Part shown: one piece after another, positions 56,184 through 64,000 of the stretch
How the letters are laid out: the number at the start of each line of letters is the position of its first letter
Numbering within the stretch: position 1 is the first letter of the stretch
Origin: Bacteroidota bacterium
GTDB taxonomy: Bacteria > Bacteroidota > Bacteroidia > Bacteroidales > ML635J-15
Reading direction: 5' to 3'
NCBI GenBank assembly: GCA_029564465.1
Contig: JAKQPY010000075.1
Location: 5,814 to 69,813, forward strand
DNA: 64,000 nucleotides
Notes under the pieces: model-generated
Seen by the model: the letters and a program-made list of their open reading frames with translations, nothing else
Databases searched by the model: none
What the model was told of the DNA's origin: nothing
Translations under genes and position numbers: made by a program

Positions 56184-56675
56184 TTAATCAATTTTGCCCA
56201 ACACTACCACATAGTTTTTTCCGTACTTTTTTGCGCACTTGGGGCAGGTGGTGTACCACATATACCACTTCGAAATGTTGTAACCCGATGCCCGGGCTTC
56301 GTTTTCAAAATCGATGCACCATTTTTTTGTATCACGGAAATCACCTTCGTACACCCGGCTATAAATCTTACCACTGATAGTAACGTTGTCAGCATTGGGA
56401 ACCATACGGTCTGTCGCCACGTAAATATCCATGTTCCATTTGGAAGTATGATCCGATAAGCCCAACCAGTCGGGAGAGGTAGCTCCGGCGGCTTCCATTT
56501 TTGCCATCAGGCGTGTGATAACTTCCCCGAAATTCATGGGAGCATGTAATATGGTGCGCACATGGTCTTTTACAAACATTTTATTGTCCCACACATGTAC
56601 CTGATTGTGCCAGTTTGATGGCTCAAACGGAGGACAACACTCCTGAAATTTGGTATTTTCGGTTGTCATGCTCAA
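56184..56675 (-). CDS. Conserved hypothetical protein (C-terminal CPKC motif)
   Basis: 163-aa ORF overlapping the rpiB stop by 4 nt (ATGA-type coupling). No family recognised. Confidence 0.55.
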   Translation of the reverse strand: MSMTTENTKFQECCPPFEPSNWHNQVHVWDNKMFVKDHVRTILHAPMNFGEVITRLMAKMEAAGATSPDWLGLSDHTSKWNMDIYVATDRMVPNADNVTISGKIYSRVYEGDFRDTKKWCIDFENEARASGYNISKWYMWYTTCPKCAKKYGKNYVVVLGKID

Positions 56676-57118
56676 TTGTTTTTATAAGGTATTTTGTCGA
56701 TACGCCGTTGATGTCGCCCGCCTTCGAATCCGGTATTCAGAAAAGCATCGATAATATCGGCAGCTTCCATCACGTTGACAAAGCGTGCCGGCAGCGAGCA
56801 AACATTGGCGTTGTTATGCAGGCGTGCCAGCGAAGCAATTTCGGGATTCCAGCACAGGGCAGCCCTTATACCGGCATGTTTATTCAGCGTCATACTGATG
56901 CCATTACCGCTTCCACATATTGCAATTCCCAAATCACAATCACCTCTTTCGATGGCCAGGGCCAGGGTATGGGCAAAATCGGGGTAATCGCAGCTTTCTT
57001 CGCTGTGGCAACCAAAATCGGTGCATTCATGTCCGGCTCCTTCAACATACCCAAACAAAAACTCCTTTGTCTGGAATCCTGCATGATCGCAGGCAAATCC
57101 TATTTTAAGTTTTTCCAT
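56672..57118 (-). CDS. rpiB: Ribose-5-phosphate isomerase B
   Basis: 'KIGFACDHAGFQTKE', 'AICGSGNGISMTLNK', and 'NANVCSLPARF'. Confidence 0.92.
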   Translation of the reverse strand: MEKLKIGFACDHAGFQTKEFLFGYVEGAGHECTDFGCHSEESCDYPDFAHTLALAIERGDCDLGIAICGSGNGISMTLNKHAGIRAALCWNPEIASLARLHNNANVCSLPARFVNVMEAADIIDAFLNTGFEGGRHQRRIDKIPYKNN

Positions 57119-57128
57119 TATGCACTAT

Positions 57129-58154
57129 TTAATATATGGTGGAGAATTGTTTTAAAAATCGGAGGTCGTTTTCGAAATACAGCCTGATGTCGTTTACACC
57201 AAATTTCAGCATTGCCATACGTTCAACGCCAATACCAAAGGCAAATCCCGTGTATTTATCAGGATCGATACCTGTGGCTGCCAGCACGTTAGGGTCAACC
57301 ATGCCACATCCAAGAACTTCGAGCCAGCCGGTGTTTTTGCAAACACGACATCCCTTTCCCCCGCATAAAGTACAGCTCACATCCATTTCGGCCGAAGGCT
57401 CGGTGAATGGGAAATACGACGGGCGAAGCCTGATCTGTGTTTGTTCCCCAAACATTTCTTTGGCAAAGTACAACAGCGTTTGTTTCAAATCGGCGAACGA
57501 AACATTCTCGTCGATATATAAGCCTTCCACCTGATGAAACTGACAATGCGAACGTGCCGAAATTGCCTCGTTACGGTATACACGTCCGGGTGAAATGGTA
57601 CGGATGGGTGGTTTCAGTGTCTGCATTTCCCGTGTTTGCACCGACGAAGTGTGGGTGCGCAGCAAAATGTTCAGGTCGGGCGTAACGAAGAATGTGTCCT
57701 GCATATCGCGGGCAGGATGATCCGGGGCAAAATTCAGGAGGGCAAAATTGTGCTCGTCGTCTTCAATCTCAGGCCCATAGCTCAAGGTATATCCTATACG
57801 GGTAAACACCCCGCAAATTTCGTTAATCAACAGCGAAACCGGGTGACGGCTGCCTATATCGATGTTGTCGGCAGGCAGTGTAAGGTCAATTTGCTTTTCG
57901 GTTTTTTTACTTCCGGTAAAACTTGCAGTAAGCATCTCGAATTTTTCGGTTGCCAGATTCTTCAGATTGTTAATGAGCTGACCTGCTTCGCGTTTATGCT
58001 CAGCCGGCAAGTCTCTGAAAGCATCAAACAATGCACTGATTTCGCCTTTTTTCGATAGATATTTAAGACGGAAATTTTCAACATCGTTTTGACCGGAAGC
58101 CACGAAAGCATGTATCTCGGCCATTAGTTTTTCGATTTTCTCTTTCATCAACAC
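57129..58154 (-). CDS. pheS: Phenylalanine--tRNA ligase alpha subunit
   Basis: 'HPARDMQDTFF', 'LLRTHTSSVQ', 'FHQVEGL', and 'GFAFGIGVERMAMLKFGVNDIR'. Confidence 0.96.
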   Translation of the reverse strand: MLMKEKIEKLMAEIHAFVASGQNDVENFRLKYLSKKGEISALFDAFRDLPAEHKREAGQLINNLKNLATEKFEMLTASFTGSKKTEKQIDLTLPADNIDIGSRHPVSLLINEICGVFTRIGYTLSYGPEIEDDEHNFALLNFAPDHPARDMQDTFFVTPDLNILLRTHTSSVQTREMQTLKPPIRTISPGRVYRNEAISARSHCQFHQVEGLYIDENVSFADLKQTLLYFAKEMFGEQTQIRLRPSYFPFTEPSAEMDVSCTLCGGKGCRVCKNTGWLEVLGCGMVDPNVLAATGIDPDKYTGFAFGIGVERMAMLKFGVNDIRLYFENDLRFLKQFSTIY

Positions 58155-58183
58155 AATTTTAGATGCAAAAATAACAGGGATAC

Positions 58184-59071
58184 TTATTCGTGGTGCTCTT
58201 TAAGGAAGTTTTTCCATTCTTTTTTCGTCATCACCCGGGTCGAAAGTATATATATATCCTTGCGTGGGCGGGAGTGGAGGCCTGTGTTTACCTTCGTCAT
58301 GGCTTCTACTTTATCGAGTCCGAAAACAACACGGCCAAAAACAGTATAACTCCCGTCCATATCGGGTAGCCCTCCGTTAGTGGCATAAATTTTTTGCTGT
58401 TTTTCCGATAATGCGTAGAGGTTCACCCCATCTTTTTCCATCCGTGGCTTTACAATGGCCATAGCTTCGATATACAATCGCCGGTAATCATCGTTTTTCC
58501 TGTATTGTTTGTAATAGGCCAGACTGTCGCGAAGTATTTCGTGTCCGGGCTCAGCAAGCATCAGGTCGATATATTGCTTGTACACCGGGGCATTTTTCAT
58601 ATTTATAAGTTTGTTGAACTCCGCTTCGTCGAATTTGTCCCCATATACAATGTAAAAAACTGAAGTATGTGACTTCTTTTCCGGATTCATTGCATCAGGT
58701 GCTTTCATGGCTCCTACGGCACCGCGGGCATTGATGCGTGCGGGGTGTATTTCTGCCGGAATCGAGGTGTCGGTTAGATTAAGCCCTATTACGTCGGCAG
58801 GCGCTGCTTTTTTTGAAGCCGGATCCCCCGTTACCAATATACCTGAGGGTGTGGCTTTATGAACAAGCAGGCTGTCGTAGAAATTATTGTTGCATTTTTC
58901 GATGAAATTGTCGCGATGCAGTGGTGTTGATTCATACAGACCAATTACAATATCGCCCATCGAGGTTTTTACTTCAACGTAATTTTTAATGGTTAAATGC
59001 CTTCCACCTGAGCTACAGGCAGCGAGAAAAGCAAAAAAAATCATACTAAAACCGATATTCAACTTCTGCAT
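58184..59071 (-). CDS. Cyclophilin-type peptidyl-prolyl isomerase lipoprotein
   Basis: Lipobox 'AFLAAC', 'HRDNFIEK', and 'YTVFGRVVFGLDKVEAM'. Confidence 0.87.
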   Translation of the reverse strand: MQKLNIGFSMIFFAFLAACSSGGRHLTIKNYVEVKTSMGDIVIGLYESTPLHRDNFIEKCNNNFYDSLLVHKATPSGILVTGDPASKKAAPADVIGLNLTDTSIPAEIHPARINARGAVGAMKAPDAMNPEKKSHTSVFYIVYGDKFDEAEFNKLINMKNAPVYKQYIDLMLAEPGHEILRDSLAYYKQYRKNDDYRRLYIEAMAIVKPRMEKDGVNLYALSEKQQKIYATNGGLPDMDGSYTVFGRVVFGLDKVEAMTKVNTGLHSRPRKDIYILSTRVMTKKEWKNFLKEHHE

Positions 59072-59143
59072 TGCAATTAAATTTTGAAATATTTAAAATA
59101 GTTCGTATAATTGTGGGTTACAAAGTTAAAAATTTTATCGAGA

Positions 59144-59557
59144 ATGAATAAAACTATCTACACCCTTATTGCAGCAAGCCTCGTAGCAAGCTTGTTTTTT
59201 GTTGCCTTTTCGTGTAAGGAACCTGTGCCCCCCAAGGCAATTGTTATTGTGGAAGACGAAGACGGACTTCCCGTTGAAGGCGCTATGGTAATTGTCAAGG
59301 CTGCTTCTTCCGACAGTTCTCATACCGTTGTGTATCTGGCAAGTGGTCCAAAACTGGTTGCCGACACTTCGTGGACAGGCGAAGACGGGCGGGTAAGCTA
59401 TGATTTCAGGTACACTTCGATTTACAAGGTTGAGGTTACCAAAGGCACCGACCGCGATCATCCGTTTGTTCGCAGGGGTATGGGTGTGCTTATGCTCGAA
59501 AACGATAAAACCTACACTGAAACGATTACCATCAACGAGCAGACTGTTTTCGAATAG
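59144..59557 (+). CDS. Small hypothetical lipoprotein (carboxypeptidase-regulatory-like beta-sandwich?)
   Basis: 'LFFVAFSC' lipobox. 'VEDEDGLPVEGAMVIV' resembles CarboxypepD_reg-like folds. Confidence 0.5.
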   Translation: MNKTIYTLIAASLVASLFFVAFSCKEPVPPKAIVIVEDEDGLPVEGAMVIVKAASSDSSHTVVYLASGPKLVADTSWTGEDGRVSYDFRYTSIYKVEVTKGTDRDHPFVRRGMGVLMLENDKTYTETITINEQTVFE

Positions 59558-59600
59558 TCCGTTATCATAGGTGATTATTTATTAAAAAATAACCTGAATC

Positions 59601-60755
59601 ATGAAAAGATTTTTTCTGTTTACCGCCTTGTGCATTAGTGGCTTGTACCTTCAGGCCCAGGTAGTTTATAATCGTCCGGACTTTGCTCATGTTGGCGATG
59701 AAATACCGGTTGCCATTTACTCAAATACCGATGGTGAAACGGGTATGGATATGTCGGCATTTGGTACCGAAGACAATATGTTGTTTTCGAATTTTACATT
59801 TGAGCAATGCATTTACGATACGATGCGTTTTAAGCCATCCTCAGAATATGACCCAGCCGGCACCTTTCCCGGAGCAACACTGGCGTTTATTAACGAAAAT
59901 GGCTTTACCGTTTTCCTTAAAATCAGTTGGGACGATGCCCGAGTAATTGGTATGATGGGCGAAATACCCATGGTTGGAGGTCAGGCAAGCCTGAAGTCAA
60001 CCGACTCTTTGACAGTTATGGAGTTTCCTTGTTCGGCAACCCATGAATTTGAAGATAACGGCAGTTTTGAGCAAAAAATGCCTATCAGTGCATTTCACGA
60101 CATCATACCCGCCGATTATTATCAGATTGTGGCATCGATGTATGACACCATAAAATTTCAAGTAAATCTGTATCAAAATTCAAGTTTCGATTACAACACT
60201 GCCATTACCATTGACGACACAATTTCATACAACGCAACCCGTGAAGTGATCCGCGAAATGCGAGAAGAAATTCAAATGACCAATGTGTTTATCCGTTCCA
60301 CCTTTGGAGCCTACTATCAGCTTGATGAAGCACCACTTATCGGAGATCAGATACCCATTGAGTTACCCATGCTCGACAGTACTTACAGTATTAATTTCTG
60401 GGCATACAGCCTTGGAATACCCGTAGTTTCGATTCAGGTAACCCCCGACAGGCAAACCGCAAAAACGGTCAGATTATATAATGGAGAAAGCCTTGCAATT
60501 AACCCTGTTCAGAATATGTCGTGGTCGGTATTTCCTAATCCGGCAAATGATGTCGTAACATTTCGCAGTAATTCGTCGCAGCCATCAAATATAAAAATTT
60601 ACAGTGTCGACGGAAAAATTGTTTTAAATGATGATTTTTGTTCAGATATTTATATCTTTGACGCCCTGAAAATACCTCAGGGATTGTACCTGTACCAAAT
60701 CAGCAATAACTCCGACAGTGTTGTTGAAACAGGCCGACTCGAGGTAATCAGATAG
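59601..60755 (+). CDS. Hypothetical secreted protein with a T9SS C-terminal sorting domain
   Basis: Signal peptide 'MKRFFLFTALCISGLYLQAQ' and CTD 'WSVFPNPANDVVTFRS...IKIYSVDGKIV...GLYLYQISNNSDSVVETGRLEVIR'. Confidence 0.72.
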   Translation: MKRFFLFTALCISGLYLQAQVVYNRPDFAHVGDEIPVAIYSNTDGETGMDMSAFGTEDNMLFSNFTFEQCIYDTMRFKPSSEYDPAGTFPGATLAFINENGFTVFLKISWDDARVIGMMGEIPMVGGQASLKSTDSLTVMEFPCSATHEFEDNGSFEQKMPISAFHDIIPADYYQIVASMYDTIKFQVNLYQNSSFDYNTAITIDDTISYNATREVIREMREEIQMTNVFIRSTFGAYYQLDEAPLIGDQIPIELPMLDSTYSINFWAYSLGIPVVSIQVTPDRQTAKTVRLYNGESLAINPVQNMSWSVFPNPANDVVTFRSNSSQPSNIKIYSVDGKIVLNDDFCSDIYIFDALKIPQGLYLYQISNNSDSVVETGRLEVIR

Positions 60756-60769
60756 TTCTTCAAAATACC

Positions 60770-60843
60770 GGGGCATTAGCTCAGTTGGCTAGAGCGCGTG
60801 ACTGGCAGTCACGAGGTCAGCGGTTCGACCCCGCTATGCTCCA
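60770..60843 (+). tRNA. tRNA-Ala (anticodon GGC)
   Basis: Hand-folded cloverleaf: acceptor ggggcat/atgctcc with G3:U70, D-arm gctc/gagc, anticodon stem cgtga/tcacg with loop ctGGCag, T-arm agcgg/ccgct with loop ttcgacc, and discriminator A. CCA is not encoded. Confidence 0.93.
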
Positions 60844-60856
60844 CAGTATAAATCGA

Positions 60857-60882
60857 AAGGAGTTCATGATGAACTCCTTTTT
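60857..60882 (+). terminator. Rho-independent terminator after tRNA-Ala
   Basis: aaggagttcat (60857-67) pairs with atgaactcctt (69-79) as a perfect 11-bp stem, followed by a T-run. Confidence 0.65.
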
Positions 60883-60899
60883 AGTTTAATTTAAATGTT

Positions 60900-62081
60900 A
60901 TGGATACATCAAAAAAAGGCTTTAACACCAAACTTATCCATGCCGGCGACGTGGAAGACAATTACGGAAGTGCAGTAACGCCCATTTATCAAACTTCAAC
61001 TTTTAAGTTTAAAAATGCTCAGCATGGGGCTGATTGTTTTGCAGGGAAGGACCCGGGTTACATCTACACCCGCATTGGAAACCCCACCATCAATGCCCTC
61101 GAAGACAAAATTAATGCCCTGGAAGGGGGAGTGGGATGCATAGCTCTGGCATCGGGTATGGCTGCTGTTTCTACAGTTTATATGGCGCTGCTGGGTAAAG
61201 ATTCACACATGATTGGCACCAGCGCTATTTATGGTCCAAGCCGGGGTGTGATGGAGCGTGACTTCTCTCGTTTCGGTGTAAGTTTCGATTTTATCGACAC
61301 CTCCGATATTGAAAACATCGGTAAGTTTATCAGGCCTAACACAAAATTGTTGTACCTCGAAACGCCGGCCAACCCAACCATGCAACTCACCGATATCCGA
61401 AAAGCATGCGAGCTGGCACACAAACATAACATCCTGGTGTGTGTTGACAATACTTTTAGTTCTCCGTATCTGCAGCGCCCAATCGAACTGGGAGCCGACA
61501 TTGTGTTGCATTCACTGACGAAATTTATCAATGGTCACGCCGATATCGTAGGAGGTGCACTGGTAGCTGCCAACCATGATATTCACAAAAAACTAAGACA
61601 AACCATGGTGTATATGGGTGGAAATATGGATCCCCATCAGGCATATCTTGTTGCACGTGGTCTGAAAACACTGTCGCTTCGAATGGATCGTTCACAACAA
61701 TCAGCGCAGGTAATTGCCGAATACCTCGAAAAGCACCCCAAAGTTGAATGGGTGAAATACCCGGGATTACCATCTCATCCGCAATATGAACTGGCTAAAC
61801 AGCAAATGCATGGCTTTGGCTCGATGATCAGTTTCGAGCTGAAAGGGGGTATAAAAGCGGGAGAACAACTGATGAATAATGTGCATCTTGCCATTCTCGC
61901 AGTGTCGCTTGGAGGTGTCGAAACGCTGATTCAACACCCGGCCTCGATGACACATGCCGGGATGAGCCGCGAAAACAGACTGGCTGCCGGTATCTCCGAT
62001 GGGCTTGTTCGATATTCGGTTGGCATCGAAGACGTTGAAGATTTAATCGACGACCTCGATAATGCATTTAAAACTGTGTAA
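60900..62081 (+). CDS. Cys/Met-metabolism PLP-dependent enzyme (methionine gamma-lyase / O-acetylhomoserine sulfhydrylase family)
   Basis: 'GFNTKLIHAG', 'TPIYQTSTFKF', the PLP-lysine motif 'HSLTKFINGHADIVGG', and 'IRYSVGIEDVEDLIDDL'. Confidence 0.9.
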   Translation: MDTSKKGFNTKLIHAGDVEDNYGSAVTPIYQTSTFKFKNAQHGADCFAGKDPGYIYTRIGNPTINALEDKINALEGGVGCIALASGMAAVSTVYMALLGKDSHMIGTSAIYGPSRGVMERDFSRFGVSFDFIDTSDIENIGKFIRPNTKLLYLETPANPTMQLTDIRKACELAHKHNILVCVDNTFSSPYLQRPIELGADIVLHSLTKFINGHADIVGGALVAANHDIHKKLRQTMVYMGGNMDPHQAYLVARGLKTLSLRMDRSQQSAQVIAEYLEKHPKVEWVKYPGLPSHPQYELAKQQMHGFGSMISFELKGGIKAGEQLMNNVHLAILAVSLGGVETLIQHPASMTHAGMSRENRLAAGISDGLVRYSVGIEDVEDLIDDLDNAFKTV

Positions 62082-62119
62082 CAGGGCAATATTTTTTTGC
62101 ATAAACCGTATTAAATAGC

Positions 62120-62953
62120 ATGAGTAAAAACCGGCACAAAATAAAACGATGGTTTGGACGAAAGTTCCGTCTGGTTTTATATTTGTCGGAAAGTCTTGAG
62201 GCAAAAGCAAGCTTTAGATTTTCTCGTTTGGGAATTATTCTGCTGAATCTGGCTTTGCTGATATTGCTTTTTTGGGGGTTCTGGATGTTGATAAGCCGGA
62301 CTTCGTTGAAAGAAGAAATACCGGGTTTTCCAACAAACGAAGCTATCGAACACATGTACACCAACAAAGTCAGAATCGACAGCCTCGAAGAGGAATTGCG
62401 CCTGCGCGACCAATACCTGAATGCAATCAGGAATATGCTGCTGGGAATAGACTCAATTGACAACAACTTTTTATATACAGCCCAGGGAACTCCTGCCGAT
62501 AGCTTAATGCAGGTGACAAACGAACAAAACAAAGGAGGTATCTGGGTAAATCAGGCATTTAAAAACCCATTTCCCAATAGGGCAGTTATACATTTATTTC
62601 CGCCATTACAAGGCATGATAACCAATAAATTTAACCCGGGAATGGGCCATTTTGGCACTGATATCGTTGCACAGACCGATGTTGTGGTAAAAGCAGCCCG
62701 TCAGGGAACTGTTATTGCAGCCAATTTTACAGTTGAAACCGGATATACCCTTATTATACAGCATGATATGGGAATTATTACCATTTACAGGCATAATCAA
62801 AGTATTATGGTAAAAACCGGTGAAAAGGTTGTGGCCGGTCAACCGGTAGCTGTAATGGGTAATACAGGGGAATACAGTACCGGAGAACACCTGCATTTTG
62901 AGGTTTGGATCGAAGGTAAACCGGTAAACCCCGAAGATTATACGGCTTTCTGA
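62120..62953 (+). CDS. M23-family metallopeptidase (membrane-anchored)
   Basis: N-terminal TM helix, 'HFGTDI', 'VAVMGNTGEYSTGEHLHFEVW', and 'PVNPEDY'. Confidence 0.88.
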   Translation: MSKNRHKIKRWFGRKFRLVLYLSESLEAKASFRFSRLGIILLNLALLILLFWGFWMLISRTSLKEEIPGFPTNEAIEHMYTNKVRIDSLEEELRLRDQYLNAIRNMLLGIDSIDNNFLYTAQGTPADSLMQVTNEQNKGGIWVNQAFKNPFPNRAVIHLFPPLQGMITNKFNPGMGHFGTDIVAQTDVVVKAARQGTVIAANFTVETGYTLIIQHDMGIITIYRHNQSIMVKTGEKVVAGQPVAVMGNTGEYSTGEHLHFEVWIEGKPVNPEDYTAF

Positions 62954-62954
62954 T

Positions 62955-64000
62955 ATGGCGAAAAAACGAATAGCAATACTCGGATCAACTGGTTCAATTG
63001 GTACACAGGCTATTGATGTAATCCTGAAAAACGCTGATAGATTTTCGGCAGAAGTATTGGTAGCGCTAAGTAATAGTAAGCTGCTGATTGAGCAGGCAAA
63101 ACTACTGGAACCCAATATGGTGGTTATTGCCGATGAAACAAAATATCCGGAAGTAAAAACTGCGTTGGCTGAATATCCCATAAAGGTATTTAGCGGTGCC
63201 GAATCGGTGAAATATGCAGCATCGTGTGGTTCTGTCGATATTGTACTTACTGCCATGGTAGGCTTTGCAGGACTAGAACCGACTATTGCAGCCATCGAAG
63301 CCGGGAAAGTGATTGCTCTTGCCAATAAGGAAACCCTGGTGGTTGCCGGTGATTTGATTACCCGCCTTTCTAAAATGTATAAGTCACCGATCATACCTGT
63401 CGATTCGGAACACTCAGCCATTTTTCAATGTATTGTGGGTGAAAAATATCGTTCAGTTGAAAAGCTGATTCTAACCGCATCGGGTGGACCATTCAGGGGT
63501 ATGAAAACTGAAGCATTGAAGAAAGTAAGCGCAGCAGAGGCATTGCAACACCCTAAATGGAACATGGGCCCCAAGGTCACCATCGATTCGGCCAGCCTCA
63601 TGAACAAAGGCCTCGAGGTAATTGAAGCACACTGGCTTTTCGGAATAACACCTGATAATATCGAAGTGGTAATTCACCCGCAGTCGATAGTGCATTCCAT
63701 GGTGCAATTTAACGATGGGTCAATAAAAGCGCAACTCAGTCTGCCTGATATGAAGATGCCCATTCATTATGCTTTTTCGTTTCCTGAGCGCATTGCTTCC
63801 GACGTACCCAGACTTGACTTTGCATCCGGATTGACCCTCAATTTCGAAAAACCCGATACCGACACGTTCAGCAATCTGAAATTGGCTTACGAGGCACTAA
63901 AGCAAGGCGGCAATATACCCTGCGCTATGAATGCAGCCAACGAAGTAGCCGTTAGCAGTTTCCTCGAAGGTAGGATTGACTTTACACAAATATCCGAAAT
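62955..64000 (+). CDS. dxr: 1-deoxy-D-xylulose-5-phosphate reductoisomerase, 3'-truncated by the window edge
   Basis: My own translation from the ATG at 62955 is MAKKRIAILGSTGSIGTQAIDVI..., then 'ANKETLVVAG', 'DSEHSAIFQC', 'LTASGGPFRG' and 'HPKWNMGPKVTIDSASLMNKGLEVIEAHWLF'. It is absent from the ORF track because there is no stop in the window. Confidence 0.94.
   Translation, partial: MAKKRIAILGSTGSIGTQAIDVILKNADRFSAEVLVALSNSKLLIEQAKLLEPNMVVIADETKYPEVKTALAEYPIKVFSGAESVKYAASCGSVDIVLTAMVGFAGLEPTIAAIEAGKVIALANKETLVVAGDLITRLSKMYKSPIIPVDSEHSAIFQCIVGEKYRSVEKLILTASGGPFRGMKTEALKKVSAAEALQHPKWNMGPKVTIDSASLMNKGLEVIEAHWLFGITPDNIEVVIHPQSIVHSMVQFNDGSIKAQLSLPDMKMPIHYAFSFPERIASDVPRLDFASGLTLNFEKPDTDTFSNLKLAYEALKQGGNIPCAMNAANEVAVSSFLEGRIDFTQISE

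Noticed and set aside
60770-60843. tRNA-Ala as an integration hotspot for a genomic island.
   Set aside because: There is no integrase, no direct repeat of the tRNA 3' end, and housekeeping-type genes lie on both sides.
62606-63421. A 271-aa minus-strand ORF.
   Set aside because: It is antisense to the strongly recognisable M23 peptidase and dxr genes. Its composition (Ser/Ala/Ile-rich) is typical of a shadow ORF.

Overview
This window looks like a chromosomal segment from a Bacteroidota bacterium. Supporting signs are several T9SS (Por) C-terminal sorting domains, a fused SecDF, a MoxR/DUF58/BatA-B-C aerotolerance operon, and TTTG/TAnnTTTG-type promoter boxes. About two thirds is ordinary housekeeping: kdsB, rnhB, prmC, mutS, rnr, asd, a deoxynucleoside kinase, secDF, uvrC, pheS, rpiB, dxr, tRNA-Ala(GGC) and a Cys/Met PLP enzyme.

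The accessory or unusual parts are:
1. A 13-copy, 21-bp phased tandem array upstream of a lipoprotein gene (5858-6126).
2. An AT-rich three-gene operon (15673-19423) encoding an exported caspase-like protease, a small putative outer-membrane beta-barrel, and a multidomain protein with an LPP20-like N-terminus and a DUF4384-like C-terminus.
3. A Bat operon variant ending in an odd inverted repeat.
4. An AT-rich island (about 38.2-47.4 kb). It holds T9SS cargo genes, a fibre-like protein whose signal peptide is out of frame, an intact IS4-family element with 18-bp terminal inverted repeats and a 9-bp target duplication, and a DUF4143 AAA ATPase gene flanked by a degraded copy of the neighbouring cupin gene.
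5. An hcp (hybrid cluster protein) locus with a divergent Crp/Fnr regulator, a perfect TGTAAC-N4-GTTACA box, two cupins, and a 59-codon BFD-like [2Fe-2S] ORF that falls below the ORF-track cutoff.

I saw no CRISPR array, cas genes, reverse transcriptase, integrase or obvious prophage. All functional calls come from motif recognition by eye. No database search was run.
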